Origin: Bdellovibrionales bacterium
GTDB lineage: Bacteria > Bdellovibrionota > Bdellovibrionia > Bdellovibrionales > UBA1609
Assembly: GCA_965261545.1 (NCBI GenBank)
Contig: CBDHDF010000002.1
Location: 544,001 to 608,000, forward strand
Length of the DNA: 64,000 nt
Direction: 5' to 3'
The stretch's first letter is position 1. Each line of letters opens with the position of its first letter. The notes beneath the pieces are model-generated. The model worked only from the letters and a program-made list of their open reading frames with translations. It was not told where the DNA came from and searched no databases. The position numbers and the translations under genes are program-made. Positions 43,274 to 56,292 of this stretch are shown piece by piece.

Positions 43274-46200
43274 CAATGCCGTTTCCTTAAGAAAAATCTC
43301 TTGAAATCATTAGATAAATCGACAAGAATAAGACTTGTTTTATTTTACACCCAACCCTCAACCAAGGAGTAAGTCACATGCAATCCAATATTGATCTCGA
43401 AAGCCCCCAAATGACGAGTTCGCGTCACAGATGACCATTTTATTCTACCAAAACTTGATTCTTCCTTCAAGCCAGAGCACCTTGTCGATCCAGAAAAACA
43501 AAAAAGGAATCGAAAATTTAATCCTCAAATTTTCTTTTTTACCATTATCTATCTTATTTCCGGAACAAATTACGAAGGCTACCAAATCGCTCTTAAGACG
43601 GTATGGACTCATTTTGGTGACCTGCTTCTCATGCCAGTCAAAAGCAGTCTCAGCAAGATACGTCAAAGTATTTCTTACCTATTTTTCAAAGATATCTTTG
43701 AATCTCTGATTACAGACTACGAACCATTGAGAAAAACGTTTCATGGTTTTTATATCTATGCCATAGATGGCGACCAATTAGCACTTCCTCGCTCTAAAGA
43801 TCTTTTAAAGGAGGGTTATTGTGGGTACCCTTGCCCAAATGAGATGGAAACTCATTTCTTACGTATGTATCTATCTCATGCTTATGACGTTTTATCGGGT
43901 GTGACAAAGAATCTTTGCTTTTCTCCCGCTCTCAACGAAATCGCCAATCCTATTCAAATGATAGGTAGTTCCTGTCCAGGGAAGAAAGTTAAGTAGTTTT
44001 AAGTATTTACATGCCTTCCCTTTAGATTTTATGCTTTAAAATGGAGTCCATCAAACATAATCCGTGTAAATTCAGTTACTTACATAAAACGGAAAAATAA
44101 AATAAGTTCCCCCCCCTCTCTTGACGAACCTTTCACAGCCCCTCCCTTTCAGTGACTTATGTGGCTATCAACTGGTTACTTGATATGAGAGGAAGAGTTG
44201 GATCAACCTGTGTTTCCACCGTGGTGATTTCAAACCTCCTTCAGGGAAATAACATTACGTTGCGCATCAACTTCAAAAAATACTTGACGTGTTTTTTCAG
44301 AGAAATAATTTTTGATATTTTATTCTTCATTTATTTTTTATGTAGGTTTTAGGAGGCGTGGGAACCTCTCTATGAGGTAGAATTCTTATCCATGTTCTCC
44401 GAGAACCTCTCTGATTTTTTTCTTCTTAAAAGACATCCTTGCTCACTTTTTTCCCTCAAAAAAACGTATGTTAATATAAAAATTAAAGAGAAACTTTCAC
44501 CAAAGGGGGGACTATGCGCCATTTGAAGAAGACACAGTTGGGACTCTTTTCCCAATATCCTAACCACCAACTCAGTACAGAATTGCAGCAAATTAATAAC
44601 ATCATTGATCGCCATCCAGAGTTTGCCCATATGGTTCATGAAGACCTTGTTAAAGAAAAGAAAGATTCTGGTGATATTGGTATGACATCGGAGCAAGTTC
44701 TCAAGGTGGCTATTCTTAAATCCATAAGAGGTCTTTCCTATCGTGCGTTAGCCTTTAATCTTGTCGATTCAGTATCCACCAGAGCTTTTCTGGGCCTTGA
44801 ATTGGAAGAAAATTACGCTCACTCCACCTTACAGGACTTGATTGTTCAAATAAGTGAAGAAACTTGGGGAATTATTAGCGCCTCTTTAGTTTCAGATGCA
44901 AGAGATCAAAAGATTGAGCCGTGTAAGAAAATGAGATTGGACAGTACAGTGACGAAATCAAATATTCATCATCCAACGGATGCATCGCTTTTATATGACT
45001 GCATAAGAGTTACAGAAAGAGAATTTAAAAAAGTTCGTAAAAATGTCATGAAAGATTTTTGGCGACTTATTTCAAGAGAAGATCTTAAGAGAGCAAAAAC
45101 CTTTCTTTACAAAATTAATAATTCCAAAAATGATGCGGAAAGACTACCTTGCTATAAGGAGCTTTTAAAAATCGCTACCAAATTGAACAAAGGATTACCT
45201 GATACCATCAGAAAGATAAAAAAAGAACAAAAATGTGTGAAGATGAATGCTTTGAAAAAGAGTCTAAAACAGTTAGAAAATGTTGCCTTCTACCTGGAAA
45301 AAATCATCTTTCAAACTCAAAAAAGAGTTATTGAGGGGAAAAAAGTATCTTCTGAAAAAAAGGTCCTATCCATCTTTGAACCGCATACAGACATTATTGT
45401 AAAGGGGCAAAGAGAAGTCGAGTTTGGGCATAAAATCTTTCTGACCTCAGGGCAAAGCAACATGATTTTAGATTGTCAGATCCCTGATGGCAACCCCGCA
45501 GACTCTGATATGTTTTTAAAAGTTATGAATTCAGTGACACAAACCTATGGGGCTTGCCCTGTAAAAGTAAGTGCAGATGGTGGGTTTGCTTCAAAAGAAA
45601 ATCTTGAAGAGGCCAAAGAGATGGGGGCTAAAGATGTTTGCTTCCCAGAAAAAAAAGGAATGAAAATATTAAAGATGGTTAAAAGTGCTTGGGTCTTTAA
45701 AAATCTTCTCAATTGGAGAGCCGGAATAGAGGCTGTTATTTCATTCCTTAAGAGATGTTTTGGTATGAGAGTTGCTTACTGGAAAGGGCATGATGGTTTT
45801 AAGAGGTATGTAAAGAATGCCGTTTGTGCCTATAATTTTGTTGTCTTGGCAAGACATGAATTATCAACTGTCACCTAAATTTATCCATTAGGAATAACAG
45901 CAATGGACCAGGTCGAAGGTGCTAAAATCTTCCAAAGGTAGGGGTGCGTCTTCAAATCGAAAAAACTAGGGCGCAAGTCGCTTAAAGACCTTTTTCCCCT
46001 TAATCTGTAGAGTTTGTGTGGCAAATCTCCAACTCTCACTCCCCCATTGAGGCATTGGGAGGCTCAATGGGGAGTGTCAGAGAACAAAAAATGGGCCTTT
46101 CTGGACAGAAACTAGGTAGTTTTGAGAGTAATAGCATAACTCTCTACGATAGGCTTTATTTATCTACAGAGATTATTAAGGCCCATGCTCAAGCCAGTAA

Positions 46201-46841
46201 CTTCTTTATTGCGCGTTGTAAGCGAGGCTCTACTTTTATCCCCATCGTAAATTTATTTAATGGCCCAGGTTGGTATTCACAAATGGTTATTGAGGGGGTG
46301 GTCATTCATCTCTATAAGTATAAAAACCCAAAGACTGGGGAGTTCTCTGTTTTGGCCACTAATCTTCCGCATGGCTCCTTGGACAAGAAGGATATGGTTG
46401 CTCTTTACTCTCGTCGTTGGGAAATAGAAACGACATTTCGTGATTTTACATCGACAATGAAAATGGAGCAGTGGCACTCAACAAGCCTTAATGGAATATT
46501 GCAAGAGCTGTATTCTTATTTTTGGCTCTTCAATTATACAAAGATTCAAATGAGCATAAATGAGGATGAAGACAGTGTGAATCAGTTGGTAAAAAATGAC
46601 TACAAAAAACCTAACTTTAAACTGATTCTTGATTTCATAATGGATAGCATCCCTCTTTTTGTTGCGGGGCTCTATCAGAAATTTAGGAAGCAGATAAAGT
46701 TGCTGATGAAGATTTCAATGGAGAAGAGGAGGCACTTCAAAAGAAGCTATGAAAGGTCTATCAAAAGGGCTGGGAGTTCTTTTAAAAGAAATAGCTTAAC
46801 GCAGAGGCAGAGGGGTGTGGTGGCTTAAGGAAACGGCATTG
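43274..46841 (+). mobile_element. IS4 type A interrupted by the 2145-bp element
   Basis: Both TIRs present; flanks do not share a TSD. Confidence 0.92.
43968..46112 (+). mobile_element. ISNCY/IS5-like DDE element, copy 2 (transposase 44514-45878)
   Basis: TSD TAGGTA; near-identical to 26337-28481. Confidence 0.9.
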
Positions 46842-47446
46842 ACTCCAATCAAGTGAAAGAAGGAGAAAAATACGAGAAATTAAGAACTGTTTACTCCCTT
46901 GTTTTCAGTACTGTGGACCTTCCTGAGCTACGCAAAGACAACGATTATTACCATACATGCAGCATGAGGCAGGATCGATACCCTCATTTGAGGCTCACCG
47001 ATGGTATGCAATTTGTCATTGTAGAATTGAACAAGTTCATTGGCAAATTAGACAGCCTTGTTGACCAACGTGAAGCGTGGTGTTATTTCTTAAAGAGATC
47101 GGATGAGTTGGATCAACAAACCAGCCAAGAGCTAGCCAAAAAAGGAAGGGATATGGGAAGAGCCGTCAAAAATTTGTGGAATTTGTCTCAAGACGAACTC
47201 ATGCGAGAGCGACTTGAAGCTGAAGATAAGCAGCGTCGAGATCGTTTATCACAGATCGACACAGCCCATGAAGAGGGGCGTGAAGAAGGGCGTGAAGAGG
47301 GGCGTGAAGTAGGGCGTGAAGAAGGGCGAAGGGAAGAGAGAGAGGCCATTGCTTTAAAGATGATTTTAAAAGGACAGGAAGCTTTGGAGATATCCGAAGC
47401 AACAGGGCTTTCTGAAGACGAAATTAAGGCTCTTCAAAAAAAGTAA
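46842..47446 (+). pseudogene. 5'-truncated Rpn-family gene copy
   Basis: Near-identical to 14645-15273 with two fewer 12-bp EEGR repeats. Confidence 0.9.
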
Positions 47447-47453
47447 AAATTTT

Positions 47454-47658
47454 TAACCTGACCTAGTTATCGTGTGTTCATTCTATGTAAACTACTAATA
47501 TTATTGTGGAATAACTGTCAACTCGCACTCTATTAATATGAGATATACTGTTGTTCTATAATTTATAGGAAGTATCAATTAGGTCGGCTGTTGGGCATAT
47601 CTCTTGATTAATGTACAGAGTTTAGACACTATGAACACACGATAACTAGGTCAAGTTA
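47454..47658. mobile_element. ~205-bp MITE, copy 2
   Basis: Same as 15280-15484. Confidence 0.8.
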
Positions 47659-47708
47659 GATTTTTTGTATCTATTCAGGGGGGGCATGAGTTTACAGAGA
47701 GAGATTTA

Positions 47709-49597
47709 GAGCCTGTAAACTATTTTGTGTAACTGCCGAATCATATTAGGATGAACTATCATCCTGAAAGGAGAAGGCAGAATGGATATCAAGACAATAG
47801 GCAAGGAACTAGCGAAGAACGTCAAGACCCAAAAGGATTTATCCGACATAACGGGTCAACTGATGAAGGTTGTTTTAGAGACGGCCCTTAATGCGGAAAT
47901 GGACGATCACCTAGGTTATGAGAGGCATGAGAAGTCTGAGACCCGCAAATCCAACACTCGCAATGGTTACAGTAGAAAGACCATAAAGGGAGAGAAAGGC
48001 GAGGTGGAGCTTCAGGTCCCCCGTGACCGAAGTGCCTCCTTTGAACCTCAAGTCATTCCCAAGGGTAAGACTCGTCTTGAGGGCTTTGAAGACAGTATCC
48101 TGACCCTCTATGCGAGGGGAATGACGACCAGGGATATTCAAGGAGCTATCAAAGACCTCTACCATGGTGCAGAGATATCCCACTCAGTGATAGCCAACGT
48201 GACGGATGCTGTTATTGATGAAGTTACGGCTTGGCAGAACCGCCCCTTGGATAGCACTTACCCTATCGTATTTTTGGACTGTATCGTGGTGAAGGTCCAT
48301 CAAGACAAGAGAGTTATTAATAAGGCGATTTACCTAGCTCTTGGTATTACAGAGGAGGGTCAGAAAGACTTGTTGGGCCTATGGATTTCTGAAAATGAGG
48401 GTTCAAAGTTTTGGTTGAGTGTTTTGACTGAGCTGCAAAATCGAGGGTTGAAAGATGTATTTATATTTTCTGTAGATGGTCTTACAGGTTTTCCTCAAGC
48501 CATTTCAGCGGCTTTTCCCAAGTCTAAAGTGCAACTGTGCATTGTCCATATGGTCCGCAATTCCCTTCGCTATGTTCCTTCCAAGGATATGAAAGCTGTC
48601 GCCCAAGACCTCAAGTCCATTTATGGCTCTACGACTCTGACAGAAGCTGAAAAGGCCCTTGAGGAATTTTGTACCAAGTGGTCTTCAAAGTATCCTAATA
48701 TTGAAAAGTCTTGGCGTAGGAATTGGGACAATCTCATCACTATTTTCGATTATCCGGATGAAATCAGAAAGATTTTTTATACCACAAACGCCATAGAGTC
48801 GTTAAATAGCGTGATCCGCAAGGCGATCAGAAATCGTAAGATATTTCCCAGTGATCGGTCGGCTTTAAAAGTTGTATATTTAGCGATAAAAATGGCCTCT
48901 AAGCGATGGACACGACCATTACACAACTGGAAGCCAGCCATGAACAGGTTTGCCATTGAATACGGTGATCGTTTTGACAACTAAGTTTTTTAATAAGGTC
49001 CACCACCTGCCTTATAAGGGGGCTTAAAAGCCCCTCTAAGGCGTTGACAGAAGTACTGGAATACCGAGACTATGGTTAGGGTAATATAGTATGGGAACCT
49101 AAATACATGCCCTCTTGGTGCAGATTTGGGTTTCCATTTTTTTTCATATTTCATCCCAATTCTGGTATTTCTCGAATATACTAAGTTAAAAAAAATAAAA
49201 AAAAGGGGGTAATATAGTATGGGAACCTAAACACATGAACCCTTTGATGAGATTGGAATTTCCATTTTTTTGAGAGAGCCATTGCTGATTTTTTTTCAAC
49301 CAAGATGATAATTATTTATTTGAGTTCTTTCCAGTTCTGATATGATCCCATTACGGCTCCATAATACAATCAAAAGTCCAGAGTAACTAAAGAGGCCAAT
49401 TATATAGACCAGCGAAGATGTCCACCTCCCCATTAACTTATAATGCATTGTGACTGACAAAATCGCTTGAAGGAAAAAATGTCAATTATACATTGACGAA
49501 TAATATGGGACTGTGCTTTTTACCAGGAGTGGAGCCACATAAGTGGCTTTAAGATTTAAGAAAAAAATTGCAGTTACACAATTATTTTTACAGTCCC
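47709..49597 (+). mobile_element. IS256-family element (transposase 47782-48984) with ~610-bp 3' non-coding tail
   Basis: TIR gagcctgtaaa / tttacagtccc; 8-bp TSD gagattta; RNGY, VPRDR, QLCIVH and YTTNAIES motifs. Confidence 0.95.
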
Positions 49598-49661
49598 GAG
49601 ATTTATATTTTCTCTGATAAGAAGGAGCAATTTACCTCTTGAACTCTGCTACCCCCTGAAC

Positions 49662-51078
49662 CAATGCCGTTTCCTTAAGCCACCACACCCCTCTGCCTCT
49701 GCGTTAAGCTATTTCTTTTAAAAGAACTCCCAGCCCTTTTGATAGACCTTTCATAGCTTCTTTTGAAGTGCCTCCTCTTCTCCATTGAAATCTTCATCAG
49801 CAACTTTATCTGCTTCCTAAATTTCTGATAGAGCCCCGCAACAAAAAGAGGGATGCTATCCATTATGAAATCAAGAATCAGTTTAAAGTTAGGTTTTTTG
49901 TAGTCATTTTTTACCAACTGATTCACACTGTCTTCATCCTCATTTATGCTCATTTGAATCTTTGTATAATTGAAGAGCCAAAAATAAGAATACAGCTCTT
50001 GCAATATTCCATTAAGGCTTGTTGAGTGCCACTGCTCCATTTTCATTGTCGATGTAAAATCACGAAATGTCGTTTCTATTTCCCAACGACGAGAGTAAAG
50101 AGCAACCATATCCTTCTTGTCCAAGGAGCCATGCGGAAGATTAGTGGCCAAAACAGAGAACTCCCCAGTCTTTGGGTTTTTATACTTATAGAGATGAATG
50201 ACCACCCCCTCAATAACCATTCGTGAATACCAACCTGGGCCATTAAATAAATTTACAATGGGGATAAAAGTAGAGCCTCGCTTACAACGCGCAATAAAGA
50301 AGTTACTGGCTTGAGCATGGGCCTTAATAATCTCTGTAGATAAATAAAGCCTATCGTAGAGAGTTATGCTATTACTCTCAAAACTACCTATCATTTGAAT
50401 AGCATTGGCGATTTCGTTGAGAGCGGGAGAAAAGCAAAGATTCTTTGTCACACCCGATAAAACGTCATAAGCATGAGATAGATACATACGTAAGAAATGA
50501 GTTTCCATCTCATTTGGGCAAGGGTACCCACAATAACCCTCCTTTAAAAGATCTTTAGAGCGAGGAAGTGCTAATTGGTCGCCATCTATGGCATAGATAT
50601 AAAAACCATGAAACGTTTTTCTCAATGGTTCGTAGTCTGTAATCAGAGATTCAAAGATATCTTTGAAAAATAGGTAAGAAATACTTTGACGTATCTTGCT
50701 GAGACTGCTTTTGACTGGCATGAGAAGCAGGTCACCAAAATGAGTCCATACCGTCTTAAGAGCGATTTGGTAGCCTTCGTAATTTGTTCCGGAAATAAGA
50801 TAGATAATGGTAAAAAAGAAAATTTGAGGATTAAATTTTCGATTCCTTTTTTGTTTTTCTGGATCGACAAGGTGCTCTGGCTTGAAGGAAGAATCAAGTT
50901 TTGGTAGAATAAAATGGTCATCTGTGACGCGAACTCGTCATTTGGGGGCTTTCGAGATCAATATTGGATTGCATGTGACTTACTCCTTGGTTGAGGGTTG
51001 GGTGTAAAATAAAACAAGTCTTATTCTTTTCGATTTATCTAATGATTTCAAGAGATTTTTCTTAAGGAAACGGCATTG
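49662..51078 (-). mobile_element. IS4-family element type A
   Basis: TIRs as at 12615; TSD ccccctgaac. Confidence 0.93.
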
Positions 51079-51093
51079 CCCCCTGAACAGTTA

Positions 51094-52982
51094 GAGCCTG
51101 TAAACTATTTTGTGTAACTGCCGAATCATATTAGGATGAACTATCATCCTGAAAGGAGAAGGCAGAATGGATATCAAGACAATAGGCAAGGAACTAGCGA
51201 AGAACGTCAAGACCCAAAAGGATTTATCCGACATAACGGGTCAACTGATGAAGGTTGTTTTAGAGACGGCCCTTAATGCGGAAATGGACGATCACCTAGG
51301 TTATGAGAGGCATGAGAAGTCTGAGACCCGCAAATCCAACACTCGCAATGGTTACAGTAGAAAGACCATAAAGGGAGAGAAAGGCGAGGTGGAGCTTCAG
51401 GTCCCCCGTGACCGAAGTGCCTCCTTTGAACCTCAAGTCATTCCCAAGGGTAAGACTCGTCTTGAGGGCTTTGAAGACAGTATCCTGACCCTCTATGCGA
51501 GGGGAATGACGACCAGGGATATTCAAGGAGCTATCAAAGACCTCTACCATGGTGCAGAGATATCCCACTCAGTGATAGCCAACGTGACGGATGCTGTTAT
51601 TGATGAAGTTACGGCTTGGCAGAACCGCCCCTTGGATAGCACTTACCCTATCGTATTTTTGGACTGTATCGTGGTGAAGGTCCATCAAGACAAGAGAGTT
51701 ATTAATAAGGCGATTTACCTAGCTCTTGGTATTACAGAGGAGGGTCAGAAAGACTTGTTGGGCCTATGGATTTCTGAAAATGAGGGTTCAAAGTTTTGGT
51801 TGAGTGTTTTGACTGAGCTGCAAAATCGAGGGTTGAAAGATGTATTTATATTTTCTGTAGATGGTCTTACAGGTTTTCCTCAAGCCATTTCAGCGGCTTT
51901 TCCCAAGTCTAAAGTGCAACTGTGCATTGTCCATATGGTCCGCAATTCCCTTCGCTATGTTCCTTCCAAGGATATGAAAGCTGTCGCCCAAGACCTCAAG
52001 TCCATTTATGGCTCTACGACTCTGACAGAAGCTGAAAAGGCCCTTGAGGAATTTTGTACCAAGTGGTCTTCAAAGTATCCTAATATTGAAAAGTCTTGGC
52101 GTAGGAATTGGGACAATCTCATCACTATTTTCGATTATCCGGATGAAATCAGAAAGATTTTTTATACCACAAACGCCATAGAGTCGTTAAATAGCGTGAT
52201 CCGCAAGGCGATCAGAAATCGTAAGATATTTCCCAGTGATCGGTCGGCTTTAAAAGTTGTATATTTAGCGATAAAAATGGCCTCTAAGCGATGGACACGA
52301 CCATTACACAACTGGAAGCCAGCCATGAACAGGTTTGCCATTGAATACGGTGACCGTTTTGACAACTAAGTTTTTTAATAAGGTCCACCACCTGCCTTAT
52401 AAGGGGGCTTAAAAGCCCCTCTAAGGCGTTGACAGAAGTACTGGAATACCGAGACTATGGTTAGGGTAATATAGTATGGGAACCTAAATACATGCCCTCT
52501 TGGTGCAGATTTGGGTTTCCATTTTTTTTCATATTTCATCCCAATTCTGGTATTTCTCGAATATCCTAAGTTAAAAAAAATAAAAAAAAGGGGGTAATAT
52601 AGTATGGGAACCTAAACACATGAACCCTTTGATGAGATTGGAATTTCCATTTTTTTGAGAGAGCCATTGCTGATTTTTTTTCAACCAAGATGATAATTAT
52701 TTATTTGAGTTCTTTCCAGTTCTGATATGATCCCATTACGGCTCCATAATACAATCAAAAGTCCAGAGTAACTAAAGAGGCCAATTATATAGACCAGCGA
52801 AGATGTCCACCTCCCCATTAACTTATAATGCATTGTGACTGACAAAATCGCTTGAAGGAAAAAATGTCAATTATACATTGACGAATAATATGGGACTGTG
52901 CTTTTTACCAGGAGTGGAGCCACATAAGTGGCTTTAAGATTTAAGAAAAAAATTGCAGTTACACAATTATTTTTACAGTCCC
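51094..52982 (+). mobile_element. IS256-family element, copy 2 (transposase 51167-52369)
   Basis: TSD aacagtta; protein identical to copy 1. Confidence 0.95.
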
Positions 52983-53107
52983 AACAGTTACGATTTTTTT
53001 AAACAAGAGATACGAACAGTTGCAGACGATGGGCTCATTCAAGTGGGAAACAGTTACTATTGCGCCTACCCTTCTGATCTAAAGAGCCAAGTCATTGTAC
53101 GTATTTA

Positions 53108-54947
53108 CCTGAAATCTTCTTCAGTTATCGCTAGGTTGTGGATTAAAGTCTAGTTTTTGATCTGAAGTCGAATATATTGAATGCTTATCCTTTTAAAGTC
53201 TTGACAACGCGTTGCATTCATATCCATAATTGTGGTCATGTCTTCTATATATGAGCAAGAAATAAAGGGCCAAACTTACCTCTATAGGTCCACAAGCTAT
53301 TGGGACAAAGAGAAGAAACAATCTCGTTCTAAAAAGGTTTACCTTGGCAAAAAGGACCCATCAACAGGTAAACTAATTCCTAAATCTCAACCCAGTATTC
53401 CAACATCTTCCCAAGATATTGGTTCTCTCCATTTATTGAAATATATTAGCAAGAGATTAGGTTTGATACAAATACTTAAAAAATCTTTTCCAGATGATTA
53501 TGAACAAATTCTTTATTTATCTTTTTTTAAAATCATTACAAAAGAGCCCTATTACCTTTACCCTTTATGGTGTGAGGCTTCTTATGTTTCAAATGATCAT
53601 AATCTGAATTCAAAATTAATAAGTAAATTTCTATCTATTATTGGTAATGATGAAGATGCTATAGAAAATTTTTTTATGAATTGGATTCAAAGCCATAAGG
53701 ATAGTTCTCAAGCCGTCATGTTCGACATTACTTCTATTTCCTCTTATGGTTCTGAGAATGACTTCTTGGAAAGAGGTTACAATAGAGATGGCGAGAATTT
53801 GGCTCAAACCAATTTAGGTATTTTAAGTCAAAACTTCAAAGTAGATTCCAATATTAAGAGTGCTAGCCTTCCAATAGCTTACAGATTATATCCGGGAAGT
53901 ATTACAGATGTGATAACATTAAGTAATATTATTCTTTTGTCCAAAGAATATAATCTAGATTTAAAACACCTTATTTTGGATAAAGGTTTTTATAGCCAAG
54001 AGAACATTAAAAGTTTACATAAACAGAATTTATCTTATATTATTCCTATGAGTTTTAGCTCCAAGCTACCAAGAGCCCTTATAAGTTCTCTATCAGATCA
54101 TTTATCATCAGCAAAATCAGCTTTTTCTTTTCATGATGAAACTTATTGGTATTGTCAGCAAAGAGTAGAAATAGGGTCAATAAATTGTATGGCTCATATA
54201 TATTTAGATAAGAGAAGGCAAGTGGAACAGGAATCTAATCTTATTAAGAAAATATATGAATTTGAGAATATTTTTTCTCAAAAAGAGTTCAAAAATAAAG
54301 ATGATTGTAATACATACATAAGTGAAACTCTTAAGGGTCAAAGGAAGTTTTTTACTGTTCAAGAAAAAGGCGGTTGTTTTTTTGTAGAAAGAGATTTGGA
54401 GAATATTGAAGAAGAAATTAAGCGAATGGGTTGTATTATTCTTTTAACTGATATTAATACAAATATTTCGAGAAATGATGTATTATCCTTATACAGGAAT
54501 AAAGATAGTATAGAAAAAATATTTTCATCTTTAAAACATGATCTTGGGGAGAGAAGGAACAGAACCCACTCCCTCCAAAATATGAGAGGAAGTTTGTTCA
54601 TTAACTTCATTTCTTTAATTCTAATTTCTTGGATTGATCATGTTATGAAGGAGAAAAAACTTTATAAGAAATTTTCTAAATCTGAGGTTTATAAAATTTT
54701 GAACCAACTCAAGTTTTATAAAATGGCAACGGGTAAGGTCTTTTTAGGAGAGTTATCAGCGAAACAAAAAGTCATTTACTCAGCCTTTAACGTAGATAAG
54801 AGGATAGACTCTACTTTCAAATTTTAAGCCAAGTGTGAATTTATCCACTTGCCTTTTAAGAGCATACACAGACCTATATCTAGGTGTTTTACACTTTGCC
54901 CAAGACTTTAGGCCCGAAGCCTAGCGATAACTGAAGGGGATTTCAGG
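53108..54947 (+). mobile_element. IS1634-family element, intact transposase (53232-54827)
   Basis: TIR cctgaaatc...gttatcgctagg / cctagcgataac...gatttcagg; YLY...YWDKEKKQSR...YLGK, FDITSISSY and DKGFYS motifs. Confidence 0.92.
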
Positions 54948-55037
54948 TTTAAACGGTAAATCGAAAAAGATGGTAATTTTTTGCAACATGGATAGGTATA
55001 TTTTCTTGACATACTTTTTCATAGACGAATGGCATTG

Positions 55038-55415
55038 AGCGTCTCAAGCATACGAAGGCACGATTGGATGCGATGATCACCTTTGGGAGTTAGCCAACCA
55101 AGATGTTCACAAACTGTATAACCCAGTTCACGGCGACTTAAAGAAGGAAATAGCGCCACCGTCTTTTGAATGTCGGCAATTTGCTTGCGCGTCAAGCGTC
55201 TTCCAAAAAAAGTTGTTGAAGGCAATGTCTCTATGCGTGGGTCCATTTGAGTCTCTCCCCTTTGGGAATGGTTCAAATATAATGTGACACAACGATGGGG
55301 TGGACTCAAGTATTTTTTTTCGGAAAAAAAAAAAAGATAAAAGCCCCCTTAACTCAGTATGTTAGAGGGAGTCAGAAAAATGTGGAAAAACCTTCTGCAA
55401 AAACGAATGCCATTG
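55038..55415 (-). mobile_element. 5' fragment of the DUF4338-IS4 element (empty site for the ISNCY insertion)
   Basis: Matches 33594-33798 joined to 35451-35623. Confidence 0.88.
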
Positions 55416-56292
55416 CCCCCAAGAGTCTTTGAGATGATTGTCGAAAATATTTTTAAAAAAATAAAAGGATATTTTTTGTCTGAAGACACATAAAGAGCTT
55501 TGTGCAAGAGAGGGAAACTCCTCAATAAGGGTTTGAAGTATTTGGGCATTTGATGAGTAACCTGCAAAGGTCATATTGCAGGCGAGTTGAAGAATGAAAA
55601 AGAAAAATATTTTTGGGGTGATTTTCCTGTTTCTTAGAGTTTTATTTTCATTAACGCAGTGATTCTTGTTGAATTCTTTGGGTAAATAAGAAATAATATT
55701 CTTGTGGTTTGTGATGCGAACTTGTCATTTTGTTCGCTCCTTTGTAAATTTAAAATTTTGAAGTCTCCAATGCTCCTTTAAAAATAATGTCACATATTTT
55801 ATTTGCTAAAACAACACCTTTCTTAGGATAAATTCAACCATTCTTAAGCGGTAAATCGAAAAAGATGGTCACCCAAAGTCTCGTTCAAACATACATGCCA
55901 TATGCAAAAAAAATAGTCTTGAGCCTCCGAGTTCCCCAAGAGAACTTCAAGCATTTAAATGTGACTAAAGTACAGAAATCGCTTAGGAACTTGGTTGCCC
56001 TCACACAATTTAGATGTAGACAGCCGATCAAGATGCTTAGCACTCTTTTCCCAGTCCTCAATTATCGTGGCCAGCCGCTCCGCGTCCGTCACTCTAATTG
56101 CCGCTTCGCTAGACGGACTGGGGAGTGCAGCGCATCTTTCACTCTTTCCCTTGCTCGCTGGGGCCTCCTCTCACGGGTGAGAGGCCCCAAACGAGCAAGC
56201 CAAAAACCGATAAGCAGGCGAAAAATTTATTATTACAATGAATGGCAGAGAACAAATTTAGTTACAAAGAACCACCTAAGGAGGAGGAACCT

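Noticed and set aside
49078..49270. CRISPR array
   Set aside because: Only two repeats ~128 bp apart, inside IS256, and no cas genes in the window.
55867..55878. 12-bp identity (ggtcacccaaag) between the IS110 left end and the repeats at 6689
   Set aside because: A single short match with no flanking similarity; could be chance.
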